From positions 101,742,001-101,806,000 of the forward strand of contig NC_135815.1 of NCBI RefSeq assembly GCF_964213995.1: a DNA stretch of 64,000 bases. The letters run 5' to 3'. The DNA comes from Mustelus asterias. Lineage: Eukaryota. Shown here in pieces: positions 52,131-64,000 of the stretch (position 1 is its first letter; every line of letters starts with the position of its first letter). The position numbers and the translations under genes are program-made. Under the pieces are notes generated by a model. The model saw only the letters and a list, made by a program, of their open reading frames with translations, searched no databases and was not told where the DNA came from.

Positions 52131-52612
52131 CCGATAGTGCGGCACTCCCTCAGCACTGACCCCCCGACAGTGCGGCACTCCCTCAGCACTGACCCCCGAC
52201 AGTGCGGCACTCCCTCAGCACTGACCCCCCGACAGTGCGGCACTCCCTCAGCACTGACCCCCGACAGTGCGGCACTCCCTCAGCACTGATCCTCTGACAG
52301 TGCGGCACTCCCTCAGCACTGACCCTCTGACAGTGCAGCACTCCCTCAGTACTGACCCTCTGACAGTGCGGCACTCCCTCAGCACTGACCCTCTGACAGT
52401 GCGGCACTCCCTCAATACTGACCCTCTGACAGTGCGACACTCCCTCAGTACTGACCCTCTGACAGTGCGACACTCCCTCAGTACTGATCCTCTGACAGTG
52501 CGACACTCCCTCAGCACTGACCCTCTGACAGTGCGGCACTCCCTCAGCACTGACCCTCTGACAGTGCGGCACTCCCTCAATACTGACCCTCTGACAGTGC
52601 GGCACTCCCTCA
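52131..52612. repeat. 32-bp minisatellite, about 15 copies (CTGACAGTGCGGCACTCCCTCAGCACTGACCC-type)
   Basis: Visible tandem units; explains the repetitive ORFs 52183-52635. Confidence 0.96.
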
Positions 52613-52729
52613 GGGCTAATAGTCAAAATCTGTAGTAACTGAAATGCTGGGAATACTCAGCAGGTCGGGCAGTATTTGTTGGAGAGAAACAGCTTTGATG
52701 ACCTTTCATTGCGCCTGAAGGTGAGCATT

Positions 52730-52963
52730 GGGCGGAATGTTCCGCACGTCCCGCAATGTGTTTCGCCGCAGCGAAGACAGCCCGCTTGGTCAGGAATAGG
52801 ACCTTCTGGTCCCGCCCTTGTCGACGGGGATCTCCATTGCTCGCACCCTCTGCCATCAGGAACCCTGCAGTGGGTGTTCGCCATTGGGGGGGGGGGTGGG
52901 GCCGGGTGGGGAGAGGGATGCCCAGAAGTTCCCGCCAGCAGTAATGGCCAGTAAACTCTGGCC
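52730..52963. mobile_element. MITE inserted in a family B inverted pLTR (about 52635-53016)
   Basis: GGGCGGAATGTTCC...GTAAACTCTGGCC; the flanks are the two arms of the family B repeat. Confidence 0.55.
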
Positions 52964-53030
52964 ACTATTTCTCTCTCTCCATACGCTGCCTAACCTGTTG
53001 AGTATTGCCAGCATTTGTTATGGTATTAGG

Positions 53031-53390
53031 ACAGGCATCACAGTGGTGGCACTGCTGCCTCACAGCGCCAGGGACCCGGGGCAGCACAGTGGTTAGCACT
53101 GCTACCTCACAGCGCCAGGGACCCGGATTTGATTCCCGGCTTGGGTCACTGTGTGGAGTCTGCACGGTCTCCCCGTGTCTGCGTGGGTTTCCTCCGGGTG
53201 CTCCGGTTTCCTCCCACACTCCAAAGATGTGTAGGTTAGGTGGATTGGCTATGCTAAATTGCTTCTTAGTGTCCCAAGATGCATAGGTTAGGGGATTAGC
53301 GGGGTAAATGCATGGGTAAGATGTTCTTTAACAGAGTTGGTGCAAACTCAATGGGCCAAATGGTCTCCTTCTGCACTGTCGGGATTCGAG
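53031..53390 (+). mobile_element. HE1/V-SINE with duplicated 5' head
   Basis: Two heads (about 53031-53078, then from 53079) before the B-box. Confidence 0.85.
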
Positions 53391-53739
53391 ATGACCAAAA
53401 GATTGGTCAAAGGGATTTGCATTAAGAAATATCTTAAAAGGCAGCATCCTCAAACTTCTGACTCAGAGGCAAGTGGGCTGCCAACTGAGACATGGGTTCC
53501 CTCTCCCCATGTCAAAGGATTGGCACTACAGCTGCTGGGGGGCGGGGGGGGGGGGGGAAGATCTGGACTGATCGGGGTTCCACTCCTGCATCATTCAACT
53601 GACTATTCGCAGAACACGTCAAACACAAGAAACAGATGTGAAGAATCGTTTCCTTCTGCCCACTGCACAGAGAGAACTAAAATGGAAGAATTCATCTGAA
53701 CTGACAGGGAGGAGGGGTAAAAAGAAGAGTGGAGAAATT

Positions 53740-55366
53740 ATAAATATTTATTTTTAATTTTACTAAAGATTGATCTGAACAAAGTTAAGTGCCTGATATT
53801 GATAACAGCATTACACTTGGAAAGGCATCTTTGCTTGATAAATTACATAGTTTACAGGTTTCCATCAATCAATACATTTGTCAAAGCATCCACCAAGTAC
53901 ATTGTAGTTTCAGAGACATTGAGATATCCAAAATTAAGCAGCATGTTCTGCTGTTGTGAGTCAACATGTTACTATGCAGACACAGGAGCAGAAGTTCCAA
54001 CGATATTGCTATTTCCTGTAATGGGACCATTAAGGTCAACCTGAATTTAACAAACATGAGACTGCGTCAATGTGGCAGTGAGTGTAGTGGGGTGGATACA
54101 CACAAGAGTTTGTGAAAGATTTTGACAAATGCAGCAACATACAACAACTGGACGATTGAGTGGAAAACACCAACATCTTTCTGCCCAAACGGCAGACTTG
54201 CCAAGACTCTGAATGCAGCGCTGACATCATTAATGTGCCATCTTCTGACACAATTCATAAAACAATCTGATTGGTCCTATCATTTCTCCAATTCTGTTCT
54301 TTACATTTGACAATCACAACAGAAAATAAACTTTGTACAACTGAGCATGTGTCAAATATCAGATATTCTAGTTTCTTTTTAAATTAGTTCCTTTTACAAA
54401 TTAGAAAATGTTACTTTGCGAAATATTACATTCGTTACATAACCCTAATAGAAAAAGCAATTTCCACTGATGCCAACTGCTGTGAACAACAGTCCGGTTT
54501 AGCAGATTAATCTGAAAGATATCGAATCAATATATTCCCAGAAAATATCTTTCAATTTAAGAGTTTTAAGATGAGCAGTATGGATTATATTACTTTCTTT
54601 TTTTAAAAACAATTCTTTAATTTATTGGTCAGAATGTCTACAATTTCATAGCTTATTAAGTTTCTAGATTGGAAGCGATGAATTTCAAGAAATACACCTT
54701 TCATTTACAGAAACAATCTAAATATCTGCTACATTCAGTTGCTAACATTCTAATGGTTAATAATTGATTAAGACTAAAAGGCATGATGTATATAAATAAT
54801 ATCTAGTGTCATATAACACAAACCACACCGTTCATGTTACACTCTACAAAAACTATTTACAATCTAGACAATGCCCTAACAATTTGTCCTTTATTTAAAA
54901 TATATATTTGTTAATTATTTGTGCTGTCATTTCAGTGCAGTAACACATCCTAGAGTGCATGGTGTGAACACAACTTACTTTATTCACTGCTCTTTGCTTT
55001 CCCCACCCCCCCCACCCTCCCCATTGTGGAGATGTTCCAGACACGTTAACCTGCTAGAACTAATCATCGTGACAATTTCAAAACCGTTGCTAATTGGATT
55101 TTAATATCCACCATAAGCTACCCCTCCTCCCCCTCTCCACCCCCCTCCCCCCACCCACCACCCAATTGCTCCCTAAAATGGCCAATTCCCCGAATCAGTT
55201 TCATTGCCCAAAGCCAAACAACAGTCCCATTCTTCCTTTCAGACAGAGGACAATGGAGTCTGGCACTGAGGCAGTTCAGACCCAGCTGGTACTGCCACGC
55301 ATGTGTGATGGTGAGTCTTTGACCCATCAGAAAGGTCACAGTTCCTCCTGACAATCCAAAATACAC
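53740..55366 (-). other. Probable LGALSL 3'UTR (end uncertain)
   Basis: AT-rich and almost repeat-free after the stop codon; AATAAA on minus at 54621-54626 and 53747-53752. Confidence 0.45.
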
Positions 55367-55510
55367 TTAACCAAGTTTGGTCAGCTGTAAATCACCAAAT
55401 ATTTTTATCACATTAATTGCTGATAAATCCAGGACTCGGTGGTGAAAATCAAAAAGCTGGTGGCCATCGATGAATATGCGAAACCGTTGATATTCACAGT
55501 GTATCTCAAG
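55367..55510 (-). CDS. LGALSL: Galectin-related protein, last coding exon ([47 protein letters not shown])
   Basis: ttacag|CTT acceptor; TAA stop at 55369-55367; DGHQLFDF and GDLQxTKLG C-terminus; upstream of AFTPH on the same strand, as in human. Confidence 0.94.
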   Translation of the reverse strand, partial: LEIHCEYQRFRIFIDGHQLFDFHHRVLDLSAINVIKIFGDLQLTKLG

Positions 55511-56817
55511 CTGTAAATCAGGAGAGGAAATCAGTTGTCTTTGGGGAAAATGTGATCAAAACAACTTTTAAAATACATCACATTTACTCAGATTAAACAG
55601 ATAAAGCTAAGAGCTGCGACCCAGAACTTCACAGGAACAGGAGACAGTCATTTTTCTGCATCAAGTTACTCTGCAGCTCTGTGAGCTGACCCAGCTCCAC
55701 TTCTCCAGATCCTTTCATCGCTTCAGATAACACAAAGCGCAGATTTAAACGTTATAACTGACCTTCTCAGAAGAGAGTTCCAAACTTCCACTGCCCTTGG
55801 TGTGTAGAAACAATTTTCTAACCTCACTCCTGTGGGGTCTAGCTCTTCATCATTTTAATCCAGTTCACCCTCTGCAGCAATAGCAACTGTAAATTCCCTC
55901 ATCGGAACGATGCTTGGGAGCAATAACTAGAATGGGACTAGGCCATACAGACTAGGAACATGCCAGTCTGACCTGTCTAGTCTATGATCAAGCTCCTGTT
56001 TGCAATCAGTGATCCATACTGGATCGTTCAGATACGTGGATGCAGAGTGAGAAAATCAGACACAGCCGTGATGCCTTCCACAGTTGAATGGTTGATCAAT
56101 ACCGACTACCTCGACTAATATGAACAATAATCATGTGGACGAGGCTCCAGAGAGCTGCCAATACAGAAGGTGTCTAAACCCTTAAGGAGCAGAAGCACGG
56201 AAAGGTGCAAAAAGGCAAGAATTTCTTCCAGGCCAATGAATTGTGATGAGTTTTTCCTTTCCCCAAATACAACGGCTTTCTATATTCTGTACTCAAAAGG
56301 TCAAATAACATGTCCTATTCTGTCCTTAAACTGTAAACCACCCGCATTCTTAACAGTCATTTAGAATCCCAAAACAAAAACATATTTGATCAGTGTCTTT
56401 TCAAATTACTGTTTCTTTTTTCATTTACTCTATTGCAAAGGCAGCCAGAATAAATCACCAGCTCTGCATTGGCAGCACTGGAGCATTTCAGATTGTGAAT
56501 TCACGCTAAGTGGTGGCGACGGGGCTTAAGGGCCACGTCATACCAACCCTCTGGTACTAACTGAGCAGCAAGGATTTGACATTATGTGGGCTTTGTAAAT
56601 ACTTGGAGAGGAACTGACACTCAGTGAAGTTAGTTTGGATTCCTGTTACATAGCCCATATATTTAAATGTTATACAGTAACTTTGTTCTTAATTATTAAC
56701 AAACCCAGTGCATGTCTCACGAGTTTCCAAGTCTCATCTAGCCGAGAATGAATAAAGATTTTTAAAAATTCAAATGTTGCCCTGAAATGGATTCATTAAC
56801 TTTACTTTTACTCTATA

Positions 56818-57102
56818 ATAAAGTTTATTTATTCGTGTCACAAGTCGGCTCACATTAATACTACAATGAAGTTACTATGAAAATCCCCTAGTCGCCACAC
56901 TCTGGCGCCTGTTCGGGTACACTGAGGGAGAATTTAGCACGGCTAATGCACCCTAACCAGCACATCTTTCAGACTGGGAGGAAACCGGAGCAAACCCACG
57001 CAGACACGGGGAGAACGTGCAAACTCCGCACAGACAGTGACCCAAGCCAGGAATCGAACCCGGGTCCCTGGCGCTGTGAAGCAGCAGTGCTAACCACCGT
57101 GC
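56818..57102 (-). mobile_element. V-SINE variant with alternative 3' tail (second copy at 60205-60479)
   Basis: HE1 head/V-domain joined to ...CCCTCAGTGTACCCGAACAGG...GTGACAC..AATAAACTT tail. Confidence 0.8.
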
Positions 57103-58297
57103 AGGAGGAAGGTCTGAAGAATATAACATCTAAGCTATGTTGCTTGCAGTGTTACTGCGAGCTTTTCTCCAGTTTCAATAATCCACTATTACAGGACTTC
57201 TCAGAGATGGTCATTCACTTGTGTAGGATTATCATCGCTATATCCTTGTACAATGGGCCCATATTTGAACTCTGAGTGGCTGGATTATGAATGGGTTAAA
57301 TATTGAGTATTCACTCCCAGCTCTTCTCCACCACTCACTCCATCTTCACTGGAGTCCAAAAGAATGAGTCCACAAAATAACATCACTCTCTCATATTGCT
57401 AACTTCCTCACACAGTTGCTGACCGTGTAATGCAAATGTGGAGTCAGGGTGCAGTGAAGGAGACAGGGAAAGTTTTACATAGAATCAGACAGCACAAAAA
57501 TAGGCCATTTGGCCCATTAAGTCTGTGCTGGTTCTTTGAAAGACTATCCAATGAATCCCACTTCCCTTGCTCTTTTCCCACAGTTCTGAAGGATTTATCC
57601 AATTTTCTTTCCATGGAGTCTATTCCATCATCCTCTCAGGTCACAACAACTCGGTGCAAACCTTTGCTCGTGTCACCTCTGGGCTCTTTGGAAAATATTC
57701 CTGTATTATCCACTGGGGAAATTGGGTCTTGATTGATCTACCTCCAGAAATCTTTCATTACCACTAACACACGCAGTAAAACTCATTGCGAAATTAGTTT
57801 GAGATCAGTTCACAATGGAGTGCTCTCTCAAAATCAGCAAGTGAGATTGTGGCCCCCATTAGGCTGGAATCCACTAGATCTGATAATAGAAAGATTTCAG
57901 CGCATTGTTGGTCGAATTACACTCACCTTTCACAATGATGTGTCTGAAAGATTAACCATACCTGTCTAAAGGTAATATCATTCACATTTTAAAAAGCAAG
58001 ACCTGTTATAGTTTAACTTAACTGCATCAAATAAAACAACACCAATCATTGCAGTTATATCCTGGAATTATTACAATTGATCAATATTCTTTAACCCTTT
58101 CAGAACCTTTAAACTCTGGGCAAAGACATTTCCCATGAATTCACTATTAGATTTGATGATTTTTTTTATACTTATGGACCTGGCTTTAGTCTCCTCCACC
58201 AGTGGAAACATTCTCTTTGCAGCCTATCAAATCCTTTCATCATTCTGAATATCCCCATCTGCTGATTCCTCAGTCGTAAAGAGTGCCAGCTTCATTA

Positions 58298-58780
<483 letters not shown>

Positions 58781-59129
58781 TTAAACTTCAGACACAAAAA
58801 AAGTTGTTTAACCTACCAAAGGTTCTAAATGAAGCGACTGTCTGCATCGACAGCAACAACGACATTTGTATAGCACCTTTAGCATAGTAAGGAGCATTAA
58901 CAAACAAAATGTAAATCGAGACATGCACAGGTATTACATCAGGAGAAAAATCAAGATGAAGGAACATCTTACAGGAGAGAGAGGTGGAGAAAGGGAACTG
59001 CAGACAGCCGCGATACAGCCACAAGCAGAGCGATATCAACATCAACTTACACCTCTATCGCACCTTTGAAGTAATAAAATTTCCTTTGGTGCTTCAGGGA
59101 ACATTAACAAAACATGCCAAAGGGTTAAA

Positions 59130-59425
59130 GGACTCTAAACGTTAACTCTGTTTCTCTCCTGATAGATGCTGCCAGACCTGCGGAGTTTTTCCAGTGTCTC
59201 AGTTTTTGTTTAAGATTTCACCACTCTCGGTATTTTGCTCACTGACAGAGCCAGTGAAATGTTTCATAACAAACATTTAAAACTAAACCCCGAAATAAAA
59301 GCAAAATACTGCAGATTCTGGAGACCGGAAATAAAACAAAGTGCGGGACAAACTCAGCAAGTGGGACAGCATCTGTGGAGAGAGAAACAGAGTTAAAGTT
59401 TCGAGTCTGTATGACTCTTCTTCAC
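59130..59425. mobile_element. Two family B pLTR fragments in opposite orientation
   Basis: + copy 59130-59240; - copy 59295-59425 with TGAAGA-AGAGTC-ATACA-GACTC-GAAAC. Confidence 0.65.
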
Positions 59426-59484
59426 AGGTCAGGATTAGGATAGTGTGGATATCTTAGAAAACTATCGGGAGGTTACAAAGATCA

Positions 59485-59797
59485 TTGAATCCCTACAGTG
59501 CAGAAGGAGGTCATTCGGCCCATCGAGCCTGCACCGACCACAATCCCACCCAGGCTCTATCCCCACAACCACATGCATTTACCCTATCCAGCCCTCCGGA
59601 CTCTAAGGGGCAATTTAGCATGGCCAATCCACCTAACCTGCACATCTTTGGACTGTGGGAGGAAAGCAGAGCATCTGAAGGAAACTCACGCAGACATGGG
59701 GAGAACGTGCAAACTCCACACAGACAGTGATTCAAGCCAGGAATCGAACCCAGTCCCTGGCGCTGTGAGGCAGCGGAGCTAACCACTGTACCACCCC
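59485..59797 (-). mobile_element. HE1/V-SINE
   Basis: Reverse-complement HE1. Confidence 0.88.
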
Positions 59798-60984
59798 GCT
59801 AGGGAGGGGATTAGACCATGGCGGCGTCATAGGAAACGAGCAAATTACACAAATGTTTCAACCTCTGATGGACTAAAAAGTGTGTTTAAAAACACATTGA
59901 AGAAACAAGTTAATGTGGCCCTCAATATCTCTGCCTTGACTCAGTTTGTGGACTGGCTGTAACTAATGTAACAACCACACTTATCAGGACTGTCCAAAGA
60001 AAAGGTCAAAACTGGAATATTTCCCAACCACAAAAGCTGTTCACGTTTTTGTCCACTCGCATAAATTCAAGAGCAGAATAATTTCTGAAGACAATTCCTT
60101 TCCCGGCTGCATACGAGATATTTCTCAAATGTCTATGAGATCAGTCTCAAAATGCCTTAAATTTAAGTGAGTTCAAACAAACTAAATTTTTAAGTTTAAA
60201 TTCTAAGTTTATTTCTCAGTGTCACAAGTAGGCTTACATTAACACTGCAATGAAGTTACTGTGAAAATCCCCCAGTCGCCTCACTCCGGCACCTGTTCGG
60301 GTACACTGAGGGAGAATTTAGCACGGCCAATGCACCTAACCAGCATGTCTTTCAGACTGTGGGAGGAAACCCACGCAGACACGGGGAGAATGTGCAGACT
60401 CTGCACAAGCCGGGAATCGAACCCGGGACCCTGGCACTGTGAGGCAGCAGTGTTAACCACTGTGTCACCGTGCTGCCCTATTGACACTGGGTCCTTGTAT
60501 TAAAACAACAGACTGAAACAATTTTGTGCTTATTGATTACAAAATGACATGGAACAATTGGTACTTGTTTGTAGAGTTTTGCTGGAATCTGTTCTGTCAC
60601 TTTCCCTGTCGGAGCCGGTCACACACCGAACGTTTCAAATCCCAGTGACAAACATTCCTCACTGAGTTGTTCCAATATTAGCCCATTAACTCATCCTGGT
60701 TACAATTCGCACAATCCATTGGTCCAAAAGATCCAAGATCACATTGCTGTAAACCCCCAAATACGCTCGATTCCGGTTTTCGCCGAATAGCCTGGTTTCA
60801 ACCTTCCTTTTTCAACATTACGTTTGGAAAGTTAGATCAAATTCTCTGCTCACTCAGAGAAAAGTCACTATGTTTGAGTTGCAGGTGAAAATGGTGTTGG
60901 AGATTACTCCAACTTTGCCAATAGCTCTGCTCAATTTCTTCTTGGAATTTTGCATCCCTGATTATTAAGCAAATTTATTCACGT

Positions 60985-61760
60985 GTCCATGTGCAAATGC
61001 AGCAAAACCTAGACAATATCCAGGCTTGGGCTAACAAGTAGCAAGTAACATTCACACCTCACCATCAACGGGAGAATCTAAACATCGCCCCTTGACATTC
61101 AATGGCATTACCATCACTGAATCTCCTGGGATTACCATTGACCAGAAACTGAAACTAGACCAGCCATACAAATACTGTGACTACCAGAGCAGGTCAGAGG
61201 CTGGGAATCCTGCGGCACGTAACTCACCTCCTGACTCCCCAAATCCTATCCACCCTTTACATAGTACAAGTCAAGAGTGTGATGGAATACACACCACTTG
61301 CCTGGATGGATGCAGCTCCAACAATGATGTTGGCCACCATCCAGGACAAAGCAGCCTGCATGATTGGCACCCCATCCATCATCTTAAACATCACCCCCTC
61401 CACCACCGGCGCACAGTGGCAGCCGTGTGTACCATCCACAAGACGCACTGCAGCAACTCACCAAGGCTCCTTTGGCAGCACCTTCCAAACCTCCACCATT
61501 GAGAAAGACAAGAGCAGGAGGTACCTGGGAACACCGTCACCTGGAAGTTCCCCTCCAAGTCACTCACCATCCTGAATTGGAAATATATCACTGTCTAAAT
61601 CCTGGAACTCCCTCCCTAACAGCACTGTGGGTGTACCTACACCGCAGGGACTGCAGCGGGTTCAAGGAGGCAGCTCACCACCACCGTCTCAAGGTCAGAG
61701 AGGGATGCGCAATAAATGCTGGTCTAGACAGTGACACCCACATCCCAGAAACAAGTAATA
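60985..61760 (+). mobile_element. CR1/L2-group LINE 3' part, ending a few nt from the LGALSL donor
   Basis: RAGQRLGILR...MEYTPLAW...IQDKAA...HCSNSPRLL; tail GCAATAAATGCTGG. Confidence 0.82.
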
Positions 61761-61768
61761 AGGAGTTA

Positions 61769-61864
<96 letters not shown>

Positions 61865-61865
61865 G

Positions 61866-62065
61866 NNNNNNNNNNNNNNNNNNNNNNNNNNNNNNNNNNN
61901 NNNNNNNNNNNNNNNNNNNNNNNNNNNNNNNNNNNNNNNNNNNNNNNNNNNNNNNNNNNNNNNNNNNNNNNNNNNNNNNNNNNNNNNNNNNNNNNNNNNN
62001 NNNNNNNNNNNNNNNNNNNNNNNNNNNNNNNNNNNNNNNNNNNNNNNNNNNNNNNNNNNNNNNNN
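61866..62065. other. Assembly gap (200 N)
   Basis: Run of N; the round length suggests a placeholder size. Confidence 0.99.
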
Positions 62066-62530
62066 GAGGGGAGAGGGATAGGAGGGGGAATTGGGTGAGG
62101 GGCGGGGGAGAGGAGGGGAGGATAGTGAAGGAGGGGAGAACCTGGGGAGAGAGAGGGAGGAAGGGAGGGTGATGGGAGGTTGGTGAGGGGAGATGGCTGG
62201 GAGAAGGAAAGGAAGGTGGTGGAGAGGGTAGGGAGGTGGAGTGTGGGAATGGGGAGGTGGGAGAGTGGGTAGGGATAGGGTGGAGTGGGAAGGGTAGGGG
62301 AGTGTGGGAATGGGGAAGTCGGTGAGTGGGTAGGGATGGGGGGATGGGGGGGTCGGTGAGTGGGTCGGGATGGGGGGATGGGGGGTCGGTGAGTGGGTCG
62401 GGATGGGGGGGTCGGTGAGTGGGTCAGGATGGGGGGTCGGTGAGTGGGTCGGGATGGGGGGGGGCGGTGAGTGGGTCGGGATGGGGGGGGTCGGTGAGTG
62501 GGTCGGGTGGGGGGATGGGGGGATAGGAAG
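62066..62530 (+). repeat. G/purine-rich low-complexity tract ending in GTCGGTGAGTGGGTCGGGATGGGG repeats
   Basis: GA-rich at 62066-62320, then about 7 imperfect 26-33 bp units. Confidence 0.85.
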
Positions 62531-63602
62531 AGTAGGTGTGCACCTGTTCTCTTCTACTCAGACTTCCTTTAACATGGAACTTGGAATGGAGGAAAGTTTA
62601 ATCTGTATAAACTCCAGCGGGGTCACTCAGAGCAGCAGTCGGAGTGTCGGAGTGTCGGATTGCTAAATAACTGGGAGCAGGAAATGTGTTCAGCAGCAGT
62701 CTCCTGAGTGGATAAGACGGAGAATGTCTCAATGATAATATGATCACTCTTTCTCAAACAGATGTTTCCCGGCTGATCACCAAATTTCAAAACATGCAAA
62801 TTTACATCCCAACTATCATCGATCTTCTGACCCATAAATAAATTCCACAAATCTAACCGTGACGATAGCAGAGTTGCTGTCAGCTTTCTCAGGTATTGTG
62901 TGAAATTCGTATAGAAGATTGGATATTAAAATTAACTCCAAACTCCTCCCTAATCTGAATTCCTGCCAATGGCGGGAGATCTGTTTACAGCTCCATGGAA
63001 CCAGGTTTGTTCGCAAGGTTGGGAAGTTCTATTGAACATGTAGTTAATTACTGGCAATGTTGTAAGAATCCATTTACTGGGAGAGTCAGATACTCGCTAT
63101 ATGATCAATAATGAAGTGTTTGGTTAATCGGTGGCTTTCCGATTGTTTTTAGTGGAGGCCAGAAACGGCGAATCTCTCTGGGAGCCGCTCTACTCCAGGA
63201 ACCACAGCTCCTCCTATTGGACGAACCAACTGTGGGAGTGGATCCCGTATTACGAGCCAGGTATTAACACTGAGACACGTTATCCAGCCCATTCCTGGAA
63301 CTTTTACTAATAAACCAAAAGGGAGGTTCCTCCAATTGAATAATTTTTCTTATAGAAATTTTTGGAGAAATTTAAACCGCTTGCAGCAAATTATATCTTC
63401 GCTCTGCCCTCTTACCCTGCCTTTGTTTGGAGTCTTTAGGAAGTTAACGTATTTATTTATCAGTTGTTGTATCCAGTCCATTCTGGGCACCCATCTAAAA
63501 CCACCTCCCATTGGCTCAGTAGTGTTGGAACTGCTTGTGTGCTCTTGATAATTAACCAATGATACATAAAGGAGCAAAGTGTCATCCCTCTGACAGATGG
63601 TA

Positions 63603-64000
63603 TAGAATAGAATTGAATCCCTACAGTGCAGAAGCAGGCCATTCGGCCCATCGACTCATCTTACCCAGACCCTATCCTCATAACCCCATGTATATACCCC
63701 GCTAATCCCCCTGGCCTGCACATCTTTGGGCACTAAGGGACAATTTAGCATGGCCAATCCACCAACCTGCATGTCTTTCAGACTGTGGGAGGAAACCCAC
63801 GCAGACACGGGAGAACATGCAGACTCCACGCAGACAGTGACCCAAGGCCAGAGTTGAACCTGGGTCACTGGCGCTGTGAGGCAGCAGTGCTAACCACTGT
63901 GCCACCATGCTGCCCCGGGTCCCTGGCACTGTGAGGCAGCAGTGCTAACCACTGTGCCACCGTGCTGCCCCGGGTCCCTGGGGCTGTGAGGCAGCAGCGC
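63603..64000 (-). mobile_element. HE1/V-SINE with at least three tandem 5' heads
   Basis: Unit of about 54 bp (CCCTGGC.CTGTGAGGCAGCAGTGCTAACCACTGTGCCACC.TGCTGCCCCGGGT) repeated to the window end. Confidence 0.85.

Noticed and set aside
52131-52612. CRISPR-like appearance and repetitive ORFs of the 32-bp array
   Set aside because: Units are contiguous with no unique spacers, there are no cas genes and the context is vertebrate; the ORFs are translations of the repeat.

Overview
Repeat-rich vertebrate genomic DNA, almost certainly a shark or other elasmobranch: it carries HE1/V-SINEs, HER1-type CR1 LINEs and DeuSINE relics. Two spliced genes lie on the minus strand in the same order as human 2p14. 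LGALSL (galectin-related protein) contributes three coding exons at 61770-61858, 58583-58757 and 55367-55510; its 5' exons were not found and a 200-N gap abuts the first of these. AFTPH (aftiphilin) has a CpG-island promoter and non-coding exon 1 near 37.2-37.4 kb, a 1.95-kb coding exon at 23186-25132 and four small exons down to 231, and continues past the window start. All exon phases join in frame with GT-AG sites. The rest is mostly CR1, L2, Rex1, SINE, MITE and Penelope-like (PLE) debris, and most ORFs in the supplied track are by-products of it. The most notable observations are: three PLE-like families with minimal hammerhead-ribozyme cores, including a spacer-less palindrome; a GC-box/CTCF-like minisatellite at the AFTPH promoter, split by a PLE; a 5'-intact CR1 with open esterase ORF1 and tandem 5' monomers; and an LGALSL sugar-binding site that looks closer to canonical galectins than the human one. 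I found no convincing evidence of a wholly new biological system. Comparisons to human proteins and repeat families are from memory, not from searches.
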